40,691 nt of DNA from NCBI RefSeq assembly GCF_001194135.2, contig NC_068997.1:48155628-48196318 (forward strand), in the 5' to 3' direction. The translations under genes and the position numbers were made by a program. The stretch is from Octopus bimaculoides (taxonomy: Eukaryota). The notes beneath the pieces are model-generated. The model was not told the origin of the DNA. It saw nothing but the letters and a program-made list of their open reading frames with translations, and did not search any database. The stretch's first letter is position 1, and each line of letters starts with the position of its first letter. Positions 24,446 through 37,288 of the stretch are shown here, piece by piece.

Positions 24446-24645
24446 AACTATATATATATCCTTTCTCTGTCTCTCTGTCCTTAAAAATTGCGCGTGACAT
24501 TGTCTCTTTAGTCTTCCTTCCTCTTTTAGTCCGTCTCTCTGTGCCTGATTTAGAAATAAGATAATAATTTGAATGACATATTGAATAACTGAATATATCA
24601 TTAACTACCGATGACGCACAAACAGGCTGTTTATATATATATATG

Positions 24646-24723
<78 letters not shown>

Positions 24724-24845
24724 CACATATAACCATATTTACTTGTCTTTTGTTCATATGGAATCTGAAATGCAGTTAATAGTACCTTGAAAAAGTGGCA
24801 TCAGTAATTAACACTAAAATGCATAACGAGATTCAAAATTTGGCA

Positions 24846-24886
24846 GTGTGCACTGAGTTGCAGTAGAAACATATGTAGGTGCACAC
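24846..24886 (+). ncRNA. Type-I hammerhead relic with deleted core
   Basis: GTGTGCAC-TGAGTTGCAGTA-GAAA-CATATG-TA^G-GTGCACAC. Perfect 8-bp stem I and the same GAAACATATGTAGG as 993-1088; CUGAUGA is collapsed to CUGAG. Confidence 0.6.
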
Positions 24887-25670
24887 ATGGAAAGACGTGA
24901 TTAAATGCAGAATAAGAAATATTATATTATATGATAAGAAAAGCAGTAAGAAATATTAAATTAAATTAAATCAAAATTAATTGTATCAACATAACACTTT
25001 GAATCACTTGTTAAAATAAATAAAGGAAACAAATATTGTTTCACTTTTTCAGTTGTTTCTCTCCCTTACAGATATCCAATCAACTAACTGCTTTTATAAT
25101 AAATATAAAGAAAATATAAATGTACCAACAATTGGCTGTTACGTGCAGAACAGAGACGAATGGTGTATCCTGCTCGTATTTGGGGAAAAAACAAAACAAA
25201 ACGCAGACAACACTACTTGACTGATGACAAGAGAAAAGGCCACAAACAGAATAACAATAATTTGCATACCACCTACATGTAAGGTTTATGTATTTGATAT
25301 ACCAAAAACGTAAAGAATGTTTAATTCATGCAGTTTCTGAAATAAATCGTGTAGAGTCAATGTTAATATATGTTTTATATGCATTGACTGGATATTTAAA
25401 TCCTTTCGTCAGGATCACATAGTTTCCATTGTACAAAGATGTATTGCGTTCGTAGACAGAAAAAATAAAATTAAGCAAACAGATATTCCCAACGTTGATG
25501 GAGGCTAAGATCTTTCATAAGCTATGGCAAATAGGAATTTTAAATAGGAAAAAAATAATAAAATAATAATCCACCTGTTGATTTGCATACCTGTCCTATT
25601 TACAAGTTTAACCTTTCAGATGCGAGACAAAACAAGCCCAACCATACCAAGTAGCTACATTGCTATCATT

Positions 25671-25715
<45 letters not shown>

Positions 25716-26125
25716 NNNNNNNNNNTATCATTCCTCCCTCTCTCTCTCTTTCTCTCGCTGTTTCTCTGCCTACCGGCCTGCCTGCATGCCTGTCGGTCTC
25801 TTACTCTGTCTCTGTCTGTCTGTCTCTTTCTCTCAATATATTCCCTCGCCGTTTCTCTCATATAGACATACATACATATATTCATACATACACATATATT
25901 TATATAAATGTATATCTATACATACACATATATATATACGTATATATATTCATATAACATATATATATATATATATATATACATATATATTTTATATGAT
26001 ATATATTTATATGTATGTATGCATATATGTATATTTATGCATACATATATATTTTATATGTTATATATATATACGTATATTATAAATACATATATGTATA
26101 TATGTAGATATATGTATATGTATTT

Positions 26126-26166
<41 letters not shown>

Positions 26167-27960
26167 GCGCACGTGAATTAGTATATCAGTCAACCAATCA
26201 AATTCTCGTTTGTAGTAGCTTCTTTTATTCTCTGGCTCTCAGAGAAAATATATTTATGTTTAGCTATGATCGATATTGAAAAAGGAGGCTGAACATGATT
26301 TCTACGTAATGCGATTATTTTCTCACCAATCATGCTAATTCTTATTCGGAAAGATATTTTTGATGTTTCCTTTACTTTAGTTTCTTTCCTAACATATATT
26401 TTATTTTATTTTATATTAGCATATTCCATGGAAATTCTCAATTTGTCTGTAATAGCATAGAGATTTGGAGATTGGTGAGAGACAAGAAGAAAGGAAAAAC
26501 AAAATAAGAAAAAAGGTGTATATATATTTTTTTAAAAATGGATTCTAGTTTTCCTCGTATATTTCTATGTATATCTTGATTTTAGCACCATAGTAACTAC
26601 GAAAAGAGTTACATACACTTTCCTATTANNNNNNNNNNNNNNNNNNNNNNNNNNNNNNNNNNNNNNNNNNNNNNNNNNNNNNNNNNNNNNNNNNNNNNNN
26701 NNNNNNNNNNNNNNNNNNNNNNNNNNNNNNNNNNNNNNNNNNNNNNNNNNNNNNNNNNNNNNNNNNNNNNNNNNNNNNNNNNNNNNNNNNNNNNNNNNNN
26801 NNNNNNNNNNNNNNNNNNNNNNNNNNNNNNNNNNNNNNNNNNNNNNNNNNNNNNNNNNNNNNNNNNNNNNNNNNNNNNNNNNNNNNNNNNNNNNNNNNNN
26901 NNNNNNNNNNNNNNNNNNNNNNNNNNNNNNNNNNNNNNNNNNNNNNNNNNNNNNNNNNNNNNNNNNNNNNNNNNNNNNNNNNNNNNNNNNNNNNNNNNNN
27001 NNNNNNNNNNNNNNNNNNNNNNNNNNNNNNNNNNNNNNNNNNNNNNNNNNNNNNNNNNNNNNNNNNNNNNNNNNNNNNNNNNNNNNNNNNNNNNNNNNNN
27101 NNNNNNNNNNNNNNNNNNNNNNNNNNNNNNNNNNNNNNNNNNNNNNNNNNNNNNNNNNNNNNNNNNNNNNNNNNNNNNNNNNNNNNNNNNNNNNNNNNNN
27201 NNNNNNNNNNNNNNNNNNNNNNNNNNNNNNNNNNNNNNNNNNNNNNNNNNNNNNNNNNNNNNNNNNNNNNNNNNNNNNNNNNNNNNNNNNNNNNNNNNNN
27301 NNNNNNNNNNNNNNNNNNNNNNNNNNNNNNNNNNNNNNNNNNNNNNNNNNNNNNNNNNNNNNNNNNNNNNNNNNNNNNNNNNNNNNNNNNNNNNNNNNNN
27401 NNNNNNNNNNNNNNNNNNNNNNNNNNNNNNNNNNNNNNNNNATATATATATATATATGTATGTACGTGCGTATGCGCTTTCACATATGTACGGGTTCATG
27501 TATGCATATATACGTAAGTATGTGTTTGTATGTGTGTGAGAGAGTGTGTGTGTGCGCGCGTGTGTGTGCGCGCGTGTGTGTGTGTGGAGAAGTTTTCAGA
27601 TTAGTGAATAGTACTTTTATACGGGATGCCTCTCGGCCATCTTTGCATTGTGAGACTATGTTCAAAGCTGAAGCATTTAGAAGCTTCGAAGAAGAAAACC
27701 AGATCTTGTGGAAGGCTGCTTTGACTTTCATACCCATGTTTAGTCACCATCATAAGTGTACGACATTCGGCTTGCTAGAAATAGCAATCAAATCCCCTTC
27801 CTTCTATTTAACTAGGATACATTTGCGAGATTAGACGTAGATAATCATATCGATATAAATATGGATATTCCTGGCAGGAATACTTTTACTGCCAAATCAT
27901 TACTGGTCTAGGGCTAAAACAGAGATTGTCATAACAACAAAAGTAACGTTTGTAAAGCCC

Positions 27961-28022
<62 letters not shown>

Positions 28023-28025
<3 letters not shown>

Positions 28026-28535
28026 TAGTCTTATTTTAATCACGTGCTTTCATTGCACGACTGAGCGCAGCTTTGTGTGCCTTGGGTACGTGATGTGTTT
28101 TGATGTAGTGCTCTTATTTTTACCGTATTGAAAGTGTTTTACGGAAGATGTGTGCGGTGCCTAATAGTGCTATCTTCTGTGTGCTATATATACTTGTAAC
28201 TCCTGGGGTTTTGTTATGTATTTTTCTGAATGGTTTTTATCATGCTTAATGCACCTAGAATGATAGAAATTGTTTCTGCTTTTAGACTCCACATTCGAGT
28301 TATCTCTATTTCCAGGTCTTTGTATTTTGAAGGTTTCTCCATTACTTTTAGAGAAACATTGTCATCTATATTCATACATCGATTAGAAAGAATTTTTTTT
28401 CTTCGTCTATTAGCCTTGATTTCTCTATCTATATGCATTGAGACATCCCATAGTATGGTTGTTTTTTTCTTTTTCGGTGACCTTTCATCGGGTGTGCCGA
28501 GAACTCTTTTTTGTTGTTGATATTCCGTAGTGTTT
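28023..28535 (-). mobile_element. 3' end of a Dong/R4-clade non-LTR retrotransposon (RLE domain), degraded
   Basis: TILWDVSMHIDREIKANR..DDNVSLKVMEKPSKYKDLEIEITRMWSLKAETISIILGALSMIK, then after a frameshift QKIALLGTAHIFRKTLSIR*. The ~100-nt 3'UTR ends directly in (TAA)n (27962-28022). Confidence 0.88.
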
Positions 28536-28655
28536 TCCCTTTCGTCCTTTCGGGATCGATAAAATAAGTGCCAGTTGAGCATTGGGGTCGATATAATAGA
28601 CTATTCCCCTCCCCCAAGGTTGCTGGCTTTGTGCCGAACGTTGGAACCATTATTT
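28536..28655 (+). mobile_element. SINE family B, 3' half, abutting the truncated 5' end of the Dong/R4 fragment
   Basis: CCTTTCGGGATCGATAAAATAAGTGCCAGTTGAGCATTGGGGTCGAT..GGAACCATTATT. Confidence 0.85.
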
Positions 28656-29289
28656 ACTTTATATCACTTTTACCACTAATATTTGCTTCGTTGCTCGTCG
28701 GAGTCTGTTGTAAGATATAGAACGAATAGCAACTCTCGACACCCATCATTTTCAGCCTCTCCGTAACAGGTGCAAGGGAATGATCGTTTCGACGTCCTAT
28801 TATATCTGCTTATTACAACGTTAGAATTTTCTAAATGTCTATGAATTGGTCAAGTAGTGTTGGTAGCGATGATGCTGGTAAGGGTTGTGTTAAAACTGGA
28901 GTCAACGTCTCAAACCAGGAACGTTCTAGTTGTAACCTACCTACCAATCTCATCTTTTTTCTGCATGACATAAGATACCAAGGACCTCGTTGTTTCACAC
29001 GTCTCACACGTCATTCATTTCGTAATACCACGAGGTAGACTTGTGTTTTTTTGTGTATGTGTGTGTATGTGCGTGTGATGTGCGTGTGCGACGTGCGTGT
29101 GTGTGTGTGAATGTGTGTGTATGTGTGTGAAGTAAAAGCAGCTCTAATATGATAAATATTATTGAAACATTTTCTTAATGTATGTGCAGCTGCCGGAAAA
29201 TACACAAAGCTCATACTTTAAGTATATGTTTTAATAATATTTATTATGCCAGAGTTGCATTTAATTCATATGTAAGTTTTCTCTTAGGT

Positions 29290-29560
29290 ATGCAATTTCC
29301 GGACATGTCAGGTCGTGATTTTGCAAGTTATAAGCATATGAGTTGTTGGACTGGCTAGGTGCTTTGCCTTCAACCCTGGCGGGTGCGTGGTATTGGCAGG
29401 CCACGGGAATGGCGAAATACCGATGTCCATCACTGGCAAATGGGAATGAGTGTGTGTTATCTCGCCAGGGGTTTGTTTTTTCAAATAAAGATGGTGCTCC
29501 AGCATGGCCGCAGTAAAATGACTGAATCAAATAAAAGAATAAAAGAATAAAAAAGATATA
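29290..29560 (+). mobile_element. Unclassified module carrying the SINE-A 3' tail
   Basis: The tail GGTGCTCCAGCATGGCCGCAGT from ~29490 is preceded by ~200 nt unrelated to the family A body. Confidence 0.55.
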
Positions 29561-29845
29561 TACATATATATATATATGTATATATATAAATATTTTAAAC
29601 TGACATAGTTATTATTTTTATATTATATATTTATACTTATACATATTTACATATATTTTTACATATAGTTTTAATACAACAATTATTATACACATGTATA
29701 TATCTTTCCGATGAATTTTCTAATATTGATTTCCTGTTATTAATNNNNNNNNNNTCCAGCATGGCCGCAGTAAAATGACTGAATCAAATAAAAGAATAAA
29801 AGAATAAAAAAGATATATACATATATATATATATGTATATATATA

Positions 29846-29945
29846 CCACTGACTTCTTTTAGTTTCCGTCAAGGAAATACACTCACAAGGCTTCGGTCGG
29901 CCCCAGACTGTTGTAGAAGGCACTTTTCCAACGTGACACACAGCT
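29846..29945 (-). mobile_element. SINE family A, internal fragment
   Basis: AGTTTCCGTC..CACTCACAAGGCTTCGGTCGGCCC..GTAGAAGGCACTT. Confidence 0.75.
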
Positions 29946-30856
29946 AAAGGTGTTAAGTATGACAACGTAGAGATAGTTTTGCGCCGTTCACGTCCATTTC
30001 AAGAACTATGATCACAAAGATTCCAACTGTGACCATCCAACCTTTTCAGGGATGTGGAAGCCATCAAGAAACACTCTGTCTCATGTATCCATCCTCGACG
30101 CAGATTTCGCTGCTATTTTAACAAAGTCGAACAGCTAGCTACGTAGGATGACAATTCTTTAATCGCCAGAAGCAGTTTTTGGTAAACATGGCAGCAGTGA
30201 AGAAATCAAAGCTTCCCGAAAATCACGCTCATTCCCGGCGCTTTACCGCACTCTCGCACATCGGCTTTGGCATAGATCTTTATTACATCTATTCTTCGTT
30301 TGTCCGTCTTAGGCATCAGATGGAATAGTAAATACAGTCGATGGGACATGTTGATTTGAAAACTGTCAGCTGGAGTGGCAGAAATCAGATACACAAACAT
30401 TTCTCATTCCAAACACGCACGCAAACACACACACACATACACACACACACGCATGCATGCAAACGCACATGCACACACATTCGTACAGAGGTAGGCACGT
30501 AGGCGTACTCAAAGTCATTCGTAGACGTGTTTAGATATGTGCAATTATGTTTGTAGTTTGCGATATGGGAGCATTTAAGGATAAACGTAAGTATTATGTT
30601 ACACACAAACACCTACACACACGCACACACACTTACAAACCTACACACATACCTACAAATTCAGCCACCCAGATATCATATCCATAGCTATATTTACTTA
30701 TGTGTGTTTGTGTGTGCGTGTGTGTGTGTGTGTGTATATATAAGTATATATATATATGTTAACGAGAGAAAGTATCTATATGTGTATATATATGCATATA
30801 TTTGTATATATATTCATACCTACACACACATGCGTATATATATACACATGTATAAT

Positions 30857-30928
<72 letters not shown>

Positions 30929-30970
30929 AATATATGTATAAATATATACATATATATACACACACACACG

Positions 30971-31001
<31 letters not shown>

Positions 31002-31309
31002 GTACATACATATATATAAATATGTACACACATATATATGTATATACACATATATAGATATATATTCATATATACGCTTATACACATTTATATGAATGCA
31101 TTTAATGCATGCATACGTATGCTTACATATATATACATTTGTGTGCATCTATATGTGTCTGAGTGCGTGCGTGTGAGTGCGCGCGTGTGAGTGCGCGCGT
31201 GTGAGTGCGCGCGTGTAAGTGCGTGTGTGTATGATTACGAATGTACAAGTACATTTATATTTATCCGCATATGCTTTCTCCCTCCCTTCCACTACAAGCA
31301 CACACACAC

Positions 31310-31356
<47 letters not shown>

Positions 31357-32358
31357 ACGTATGTACATAACTGTGTGTGTATGTGCATGCATGTGCATGC
31401 ATGTGCATATGTGTATTTAGATACCCACCGGACGTTACTGAATTATTCCTGGAATTATATGTATATCAGATAATATTAAATTACACGCACAAAAAAAAAA
31501 GAATCTGAACTCTTAATTTGTAGAGTATGAACAAGAGAATGACTAAAAGACAGAAAGGAAATATAGAAACAAAGAGAGGGTGTGTGCATGCGTGTGCATG
31601 TGTGTGCGTGCGTGCGTGAGTGCGTGCGTGCGCGTACGCGCGTTTATGTATGCGTGTCAGCGATGGAATTAGAGAGCGCGAGTTTCATAGTTATTAGGCT
31701 GTATAAGTGATATAGAGAGAGTGATACTGGAAAAGGGAAGGGGAGAGTCGTCGCTATATTTTATATTTTTATGTAAATTTCTATAATCTGATGTACATAT
31801 GTAAACAAATACAATTATTTCCAATTCTCTTTGTTTACATAAGGAACAGCACACACTCCCACTTCTTCATTACATATATATATACACGCATATCTATATT
31901 TATATCTATATATATATATATGTACATATATGTGTGTGTGTGCAAGTGAGTGTGTTTGTGTGAGTCTGTAGACGAACACACTCACGCAAACACACACATA
32001 CCCACACACCCACACATACATGTACACACACATATATATACATACATACATATATATATATATATANNNNNNNNNNNNNNNNNNNNNNNNNNNNNNNNNN
32101 NNNNNNNNNNNNNNNNNNNNNNNNNNNNNNNNNNNNNNNNNNNNNNNNNNNNNNNNNNNNNNNNNNNNNNNNNNNNNNNNNNNNNNNNNNNNNNNNNNNN
32201 NNNNNNNNNNNNNNNNNNNNNNNNNNNNNNNNNNNNNNNNNNNNNNNNNNNNNNNNNNNNNNNNNNNNNNNNNNNNNNNNNNNNNNNNNNNNNNNNNNNN
32301 NNNNNNNNNNNNNNNNNNNNNNNNNNNNNTATATATATATATATATGTATATATATAC

Positions 32359-32393
<35 letters not shown>

Positions 32394-32931
32394 TGTATGG
32401 ACTGATATATTCATATATTAGCAAAAACGAATCTCAGTATTAGCACATTTACGCCCACGCGCATTGATACATATATATAGATATATACTCAGAAAGAGAA
32501 AGAGAGAGAGAGAGAAAGAAAGGGAGAGATATAAGGAAGGAGGGAGATTGAGTGAAAACAAAATGGCAGTGGGGCAAAACTGTTGCTTTATATATCCTGT
32601 GCATACATGCATGCATCCACACACACACGAATTTTGTCTCCATCCGATAGCTATCTATCTATCTACCTACCTATCCGTCTCAGTGGTTGGCTGGCTGGCT
32701 GGCTAAGTGGCTGTTTACCTATTTATTTATCGTCTATCTGTGTGTGTGTGTGCGCGCGTGTATTCGTGTGTGTGCGTGCGCGCGCGCGCGTGTGTGCAGG
32801 TCTTATGCATGTGAATCTCCTCCAACACTCTCTATACGACCATGCCACCGTAAAATTAAATTACTGGAACTACACCCATCCATGCCTAGACATGAGTTTA
32901 ACACTGAAGTGGTTTCCCTCTGCCTTCTCCA

Positions 32932-33020
32932 GGCAGGTGGGATTCGAACTCAGAATTTAAAGAGCCGGAAGATATACCGTAAAGCAATTTTGTAGACGCG
33001 GTAACAATTCAGCCACATTC
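32932..33020 (-). mobile_element. SINE family B, head fragment
   Basis: GGATTCGAACTCAGAATTTAAAGAGCCGGA..AAGCAATTTT. Confidence 0.65.
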
Positions 33021-33024
33021 CCGT

Positions 33025-33100
33025 CTGCGGTGCCTGGTGAAATGAAGTGCTTTGCTCAAGAACACAACGCGTCTTCCGGTCGTGAGTGAAACACATTAAC
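33025..33100 (-). mobile_element. SINE family C-related fragment
   Basis: GTGAAATGAAGTGCTTTGCTCAAGAACACAAC is the reverse of the post-tRNA segment of C-type SINEs. Confidence 0.5.
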
Positions 33101-34027
33101 CAGTATATTGTATTCTAAACGCAGAACATCCAGGAGAAATATTCTGTGTCGAAATTAGTTTGTTTTATTCGATGTTATATAAATTTTAAACCAAACAATG
33201 CCCAGTATAATTTTTAATCTCAATAAAGTTAACTCGTTGTGGTTTATATCCCCTGAAAAATGACGGATCATACTTACACATGCAGTTTTACTTGCAATTC
33301 CATCGTGCCTATGATCACCCAATATTTCCTTGTGTCATAAATTAAGTTTGTTCGGTGCCAAAATGTTTGTTTTTCCACATATTAGAAAATTGGCACAAAA
33401 TGATTTTCGAAAAGAATTGAAAAACTCTTAATATAATAACAATTAATTCCGGACGAATGCCGCTGTACGTTTTGCATATCACGTTGTATTTACATTAATC
33501 ATGATACATACATGGCTATAAATATAGTTATGTACACATTCACGTTCACACACACGTATACACACACACACGTATACACACACACACTCACAGAGACACA
33601 CAATAATTATCAAAATCAGCTGCAGTTATACCCATTATATATCTACTGCCATAACGATTAACAACAAATGTCCCTTCCACATTTAAAACTACTTCCTATT
33701 TATCCCCTCAATGCAACTACTTTCTTCTTCATGGCACATATTTACCTCGAGTAAAGGGGATTTTCATAGATGATGTTGCAATAAGTTATAATGGCCTCAC
33801 TGAGAGCTCCTTTAAGAATAGATACATTCAGTAATACATATTAAGTATCCCTATTCTTAAGAGTATTTTCAGTAAGGTGTACACACGTAACAGTTATATG
33901 AGTGTATTTAGCATTTGGGAGAAAGTCATGTAGATATTTACAAGGGTTGTTAGTCAATTTTCGGCACATTTACATGAATATTAACTATTTCCATAAATGT
34001 TGCATCGTATATCAAATTGCTGTAATG

Positions 34028-34155
34028 TTTTATGTCAACCCCCAAAAATATGAAAGGCAAAGTCGACCTCGGCGAAATTTTATCTCAGAAAGACGGATGG
34101 AATGCCGCTCAGCTTTGTACCCAGCGTGCTGACGATTCTCCCAGCTCACCGCTTT
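34028..34155 (-). mobile_element. SINE family B, 5' half
   Basis: GAAAGGCAAAGTCGACCTCGGCG..GACGATTCTCCCAGCTCACCGC. Confidence 0.85.
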
Positions 34156-34515
34156 ACCTATTGTTATATGTCCACTACAGTTGTCGGCTGGCGTCAAGAA
34201 TCGGTTGGTGTTTCGTATCATGCTTCAGCTAATTATTGCACATAATTAGTGTTAGAGATATACATATGTGTGTATGTGCGTGTATAAGCTAACATGCTGT
34301 ATGCTTACTGGTATGCACGTGTGTGTGCGTGAGTGCCTATGTGTGTGTGTGTGTGCGTGTGGTAATGTAAGCGTTAATTGTATTAGAACATATATCTGTG
34401 TCCCGGAGCACGATAAATGGCAACAACATAAAGTTTTGTCTGATATGTTATCTACAATAATATCCTTGCGTAGACATTCTTTTTTTTTATTTCTGTTCTT
34501 TTTCATACATGCTTG

Positions 34516-34705
34516 TACGGGAGGGGGTCAAATTTTCCCGGCTTTGGGTACAATAAAATGCAGGTGGATCAATTAATTATGATTTTATTCAACATATTCT
34601 TCTCCCAAATTTGCACACTTATTGCAGAGGTCCTTCAGTTTTCCTAAACCCTGAAAAAGAACTCGGAAGTTTGGGCCTACACTCAGGCCATTTGCGATAC
34701 CCTCA
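34516..34705 (-). mobile_element. Mariner 3' end (transposase C-terminus plus TIR)
   Basis: VLFQGLGKLKDLCNKCANLGEEYVE* matches the mariner C-terminal pattern (..GI.KL..RW.KC....G.YVE). TIR-like end TACGGGAGGGGGTCAAA begins with TA. Confidence 0.75.
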
Positions 34706-34715
34706 ACAATATGTA

Positions 34716-34935
34716 AGGCGGTGAGCTGGCAGAATCGTGAGCACGCGCCGGGCACAATGCTTAGCGGCATTCCGTCCGTTTTTACGTTCTGAGATAAAAT
34801 TTCACCGAGGTCGACTTTGCCTTTCATATTTTCGGCGGTTGATAAAATGAGCACCGGTTGAATCCTGAGGTCGATTTAATCGACTTAAACCCTCCCCCAA
34901 AATTGCTGGCTTCGTGCCGAAACTTGAAACCAATA
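34716..34935 (+). mobile_element. SINE family B, full length, adjoining a mariner remnant
   Basis: Complete head, central domain and tail. Confidence 0.9.
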
Positions 34936-34940
34936 TATGC

Positions 34941-35238
34941 TTGTTCTTTCTCGAGCCATGTTTGGCTCATAAGGGCCGTTTTCCCGGTTTCATTGGCGTA
35001 TAGGTTCCCCACCTGGTTGGGACCCCGGTCAGTCGCAGGTGAGCTGCTAGATGCAGGAGGAAAGAGCGAGAGGAAGTTGTGGCGAAAGAGTCAACAGAGA
35101 TCCGCTATTACCTTCTGCCGGAGCCGCGTAGAGCGAAAGTGTTTCGCTCATAAAAACAAATCGCCAGGTCTGAGTTTCGAACTTGCGATCCCTCGACCGC
35201 GAGTCCACCACTCTAACCACTAGGCCATGTGCCTCTAC
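34941..35238 (-). mobile_element. SINE family C (tRNA head, RTE-like 3' tail)
   Basis: Minus strand: A box TGGCCTAGTGG, B box AGTTCGAAAC; tail GAAACCGGGAAAAACGGCCCTTATGAGCC..GGCTCGAGAAAGAACAA. The RTE resemblance is from recall. Confidence 0.8.
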
Positions 35239-35539
35239 GAAACCAATATATAACAATAGGTAAATTCAACATGTCTATATGTGTCCTACGTAGGTTTTCA
35301 CATATTATGTCAAATCATTATGCTGAGTGGATGGACCTCTGACATTAAATAATAGTGTTAAACATAATATGACAAATCAGTAAAGCCAGTTTTGTGAACC
35401 CTCTAGATTTGATGTGTGTAGGAACACATTGGCTGCATGTTTCCCGGGGAATCTTGTATTGATCTAAACACCGCTGATGTAATCCCAATAAAAGTCGGAA
35501 ATCGTTGAAGGCTGTTCGCATTTCCGTTCTGAAGTAGGT

Positions 35540-35572
35540 AAATTTGACGCGTTTCGAAGCCTACTCAGTAGG
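35540..35572 (-). ncRNA. Partial hammerhead (3' half)
   Basis: ...GTAGGCTTC-GAAA-CGCG-TC^AAAT. Related to the 16694/20190 family; the 5' part is disrupted next to a (CA)n tract. Confidence 0.35.
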
Positions 35573-36102
35573 TTTACACACACACACACGCACACAAACA
35601 CACACACACACACACACACACGAAAACACACAAAAACACATACACACGCGCGTGCGCACGCACACACATAGATATGGGTATATATACATATATACTAAAT
35701 ACAATGACATACATGCATATATATGTGTGTATGTGTGTGTGTATATATATAATATGTATATGCATACACACACATTAATACATATATACGTAGACACATA
35801 CCCGCATGTATTTGCCTATATACATATATACACACGCGCACACGTACCTGTTTATATCATCTAACCTGAGATTTAAACGATGACACAGTTATAAAATGTT
35901 TCGATAACAGACATCATATTTTTGCCAGAAAAATTGTGCTGTCAGTCACAGGTAGCATTTGTTTTCCAAACTTTTATATTGTTACTCGATTTTCTGGTTA
36001 AGATATATATATAAAAAAAAATGTCAAAATTTGCAATAAAAGATAGCAATAAAAATATATAGAAACCAACATCAATTTCTTCTTTCTCTCTATCTTTCTC
36101 CT

Positions 36103-36142
<40 letters not shown>

Positions 36143-36544
36143 GCTTCATCTCTAATCTTTTCTTTCACAGTATGTTATACTTCTCTTTGTCTCTTGTCAG
36201 CTCTCTTCCTCCAGAGACAGTGGATAATGCAATATAATTGTAGGACAAAATGCTTAGGTTATTTTATGGGAATACGAAAAATATACAAAATTGAATTTAA
36301 AAACATTGCTGCTTTATTTTTCAAAATAGATTTTATATCTGCCTTGGTCTGTGAGATTACGAACGACAACAACATCAACTTGAACATCAATGACAACAAC
36401 ATAATATATAATAATATAATATGTCGTTTTGCAATTGTTTGTTCCAAGCTTTCAGAATATACGGCGGACAGACATATAGAAAGACAATTGACACATATAA
36501 GCGCGCATACACTCTCCCGCGCGCACACAGTTTTATGAAACTGT

Positions 36545-36670
36545 CTATTTAAGAAGTTCGCTTTGAAAGCACGGTGATACAGATTCAGTCCCACCCTGGG
36601 GCACTTTGCGTAAGTGTCTTTTACTATAGCCGCCGGCCAACCAATGCATTCTGAGTAGATTTTGCGTATA
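36545..36670 (+). mobile_element. SINE family A, degraded head
   Basis: GATTCAGTCCCAC..GGCACTTTG..AAGTGTCTTTTACTATAGCC..CCAATGC. Confidence 0.7.
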
Positions 36671-36769
36671 TAAGTACATAGATACATACATGTATGTATG
36701 TATACATACATACATACATACATACATACATTGATTCATACACACATATATACATACATGCATGCATGC

Positions 36770-36800
<31 letters not shown>

Positions 36801-37222
36801 CATACATACATACATACATACATACATACAAATCTACCTCACTACCACATTTAATACAACCAACGTTCACCCTAGGTGCCTTCAATAGAGACCACTCTGC
36901 TGAATTCGCGCTAATTTCATATTTGAGGATACTTTCCTCCTCCCCTCCTACCAGTTTTAGGGGTCTTGTAACGGGGTCAACGGCACTTCCTTTTCCCCTG
37001 AGTAGAAAATGAAAAATAAACAAAGAAATCAAAGGAACTTTCTATAGCTTGTTAGCACATACATAACACAATACCTCCACAGAGACACATTGCAATTAAT
37101 GAGGTACTGCAATGTCAGGATCAGAAAAGACCATAGAAATCGACCCTAGGGCATAGTGTTGGGGACAAAAGTTCCTTCAAAATGGAACTACTACTACTAC
37201 TGCTGCTGCTGCCGCTGCTGTA

Positions 37223-37288
<66 letters not shown>

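Noticed and set aside
25221-25240. CTGATGA...GAAA hammerhead-like motif
   Set aside because: No stem II, stem III or cleavage triplet.
25664-25750. Direct repeat TATCATTCCTCCC(TC)n
   Set aside because: It also straddles a 10-N gap; assembly artefact likely.
27590-27834. Non-repetitive part of ORF 27460-27834 as an exon
   Set aside because: No recognisable protein motif, and its end resembles a SINE-type tail (GCTAGAAATAGCA).
28470-28500. CCGATGA-AA-GG-TCA-CC-GAAA on the minus strand
   Set aside because: It lies within decayed Dong/R4 coding sequence and lacks stems I and III.
29385-29425. HDV-like ribozyme suggested by AATGGCGAA followed by a pairing strand
   Set aside because: Too little sequence between the putative P2 strands to hold P3/L3, P1, P1.1 and P4.
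29498-29845. Identical ~90-bp duplication (29498-29588 vs 29755-29845)
   Set aside because: It straddles a 10-N gap; likely contig overlap or haplotype artefact.
30188-30328. 46-aa ORF with AAACATGG start context (MAAVKKSKLPENH...)
   Set aside because: Short, no recognisable homology, no convincing splice donor.
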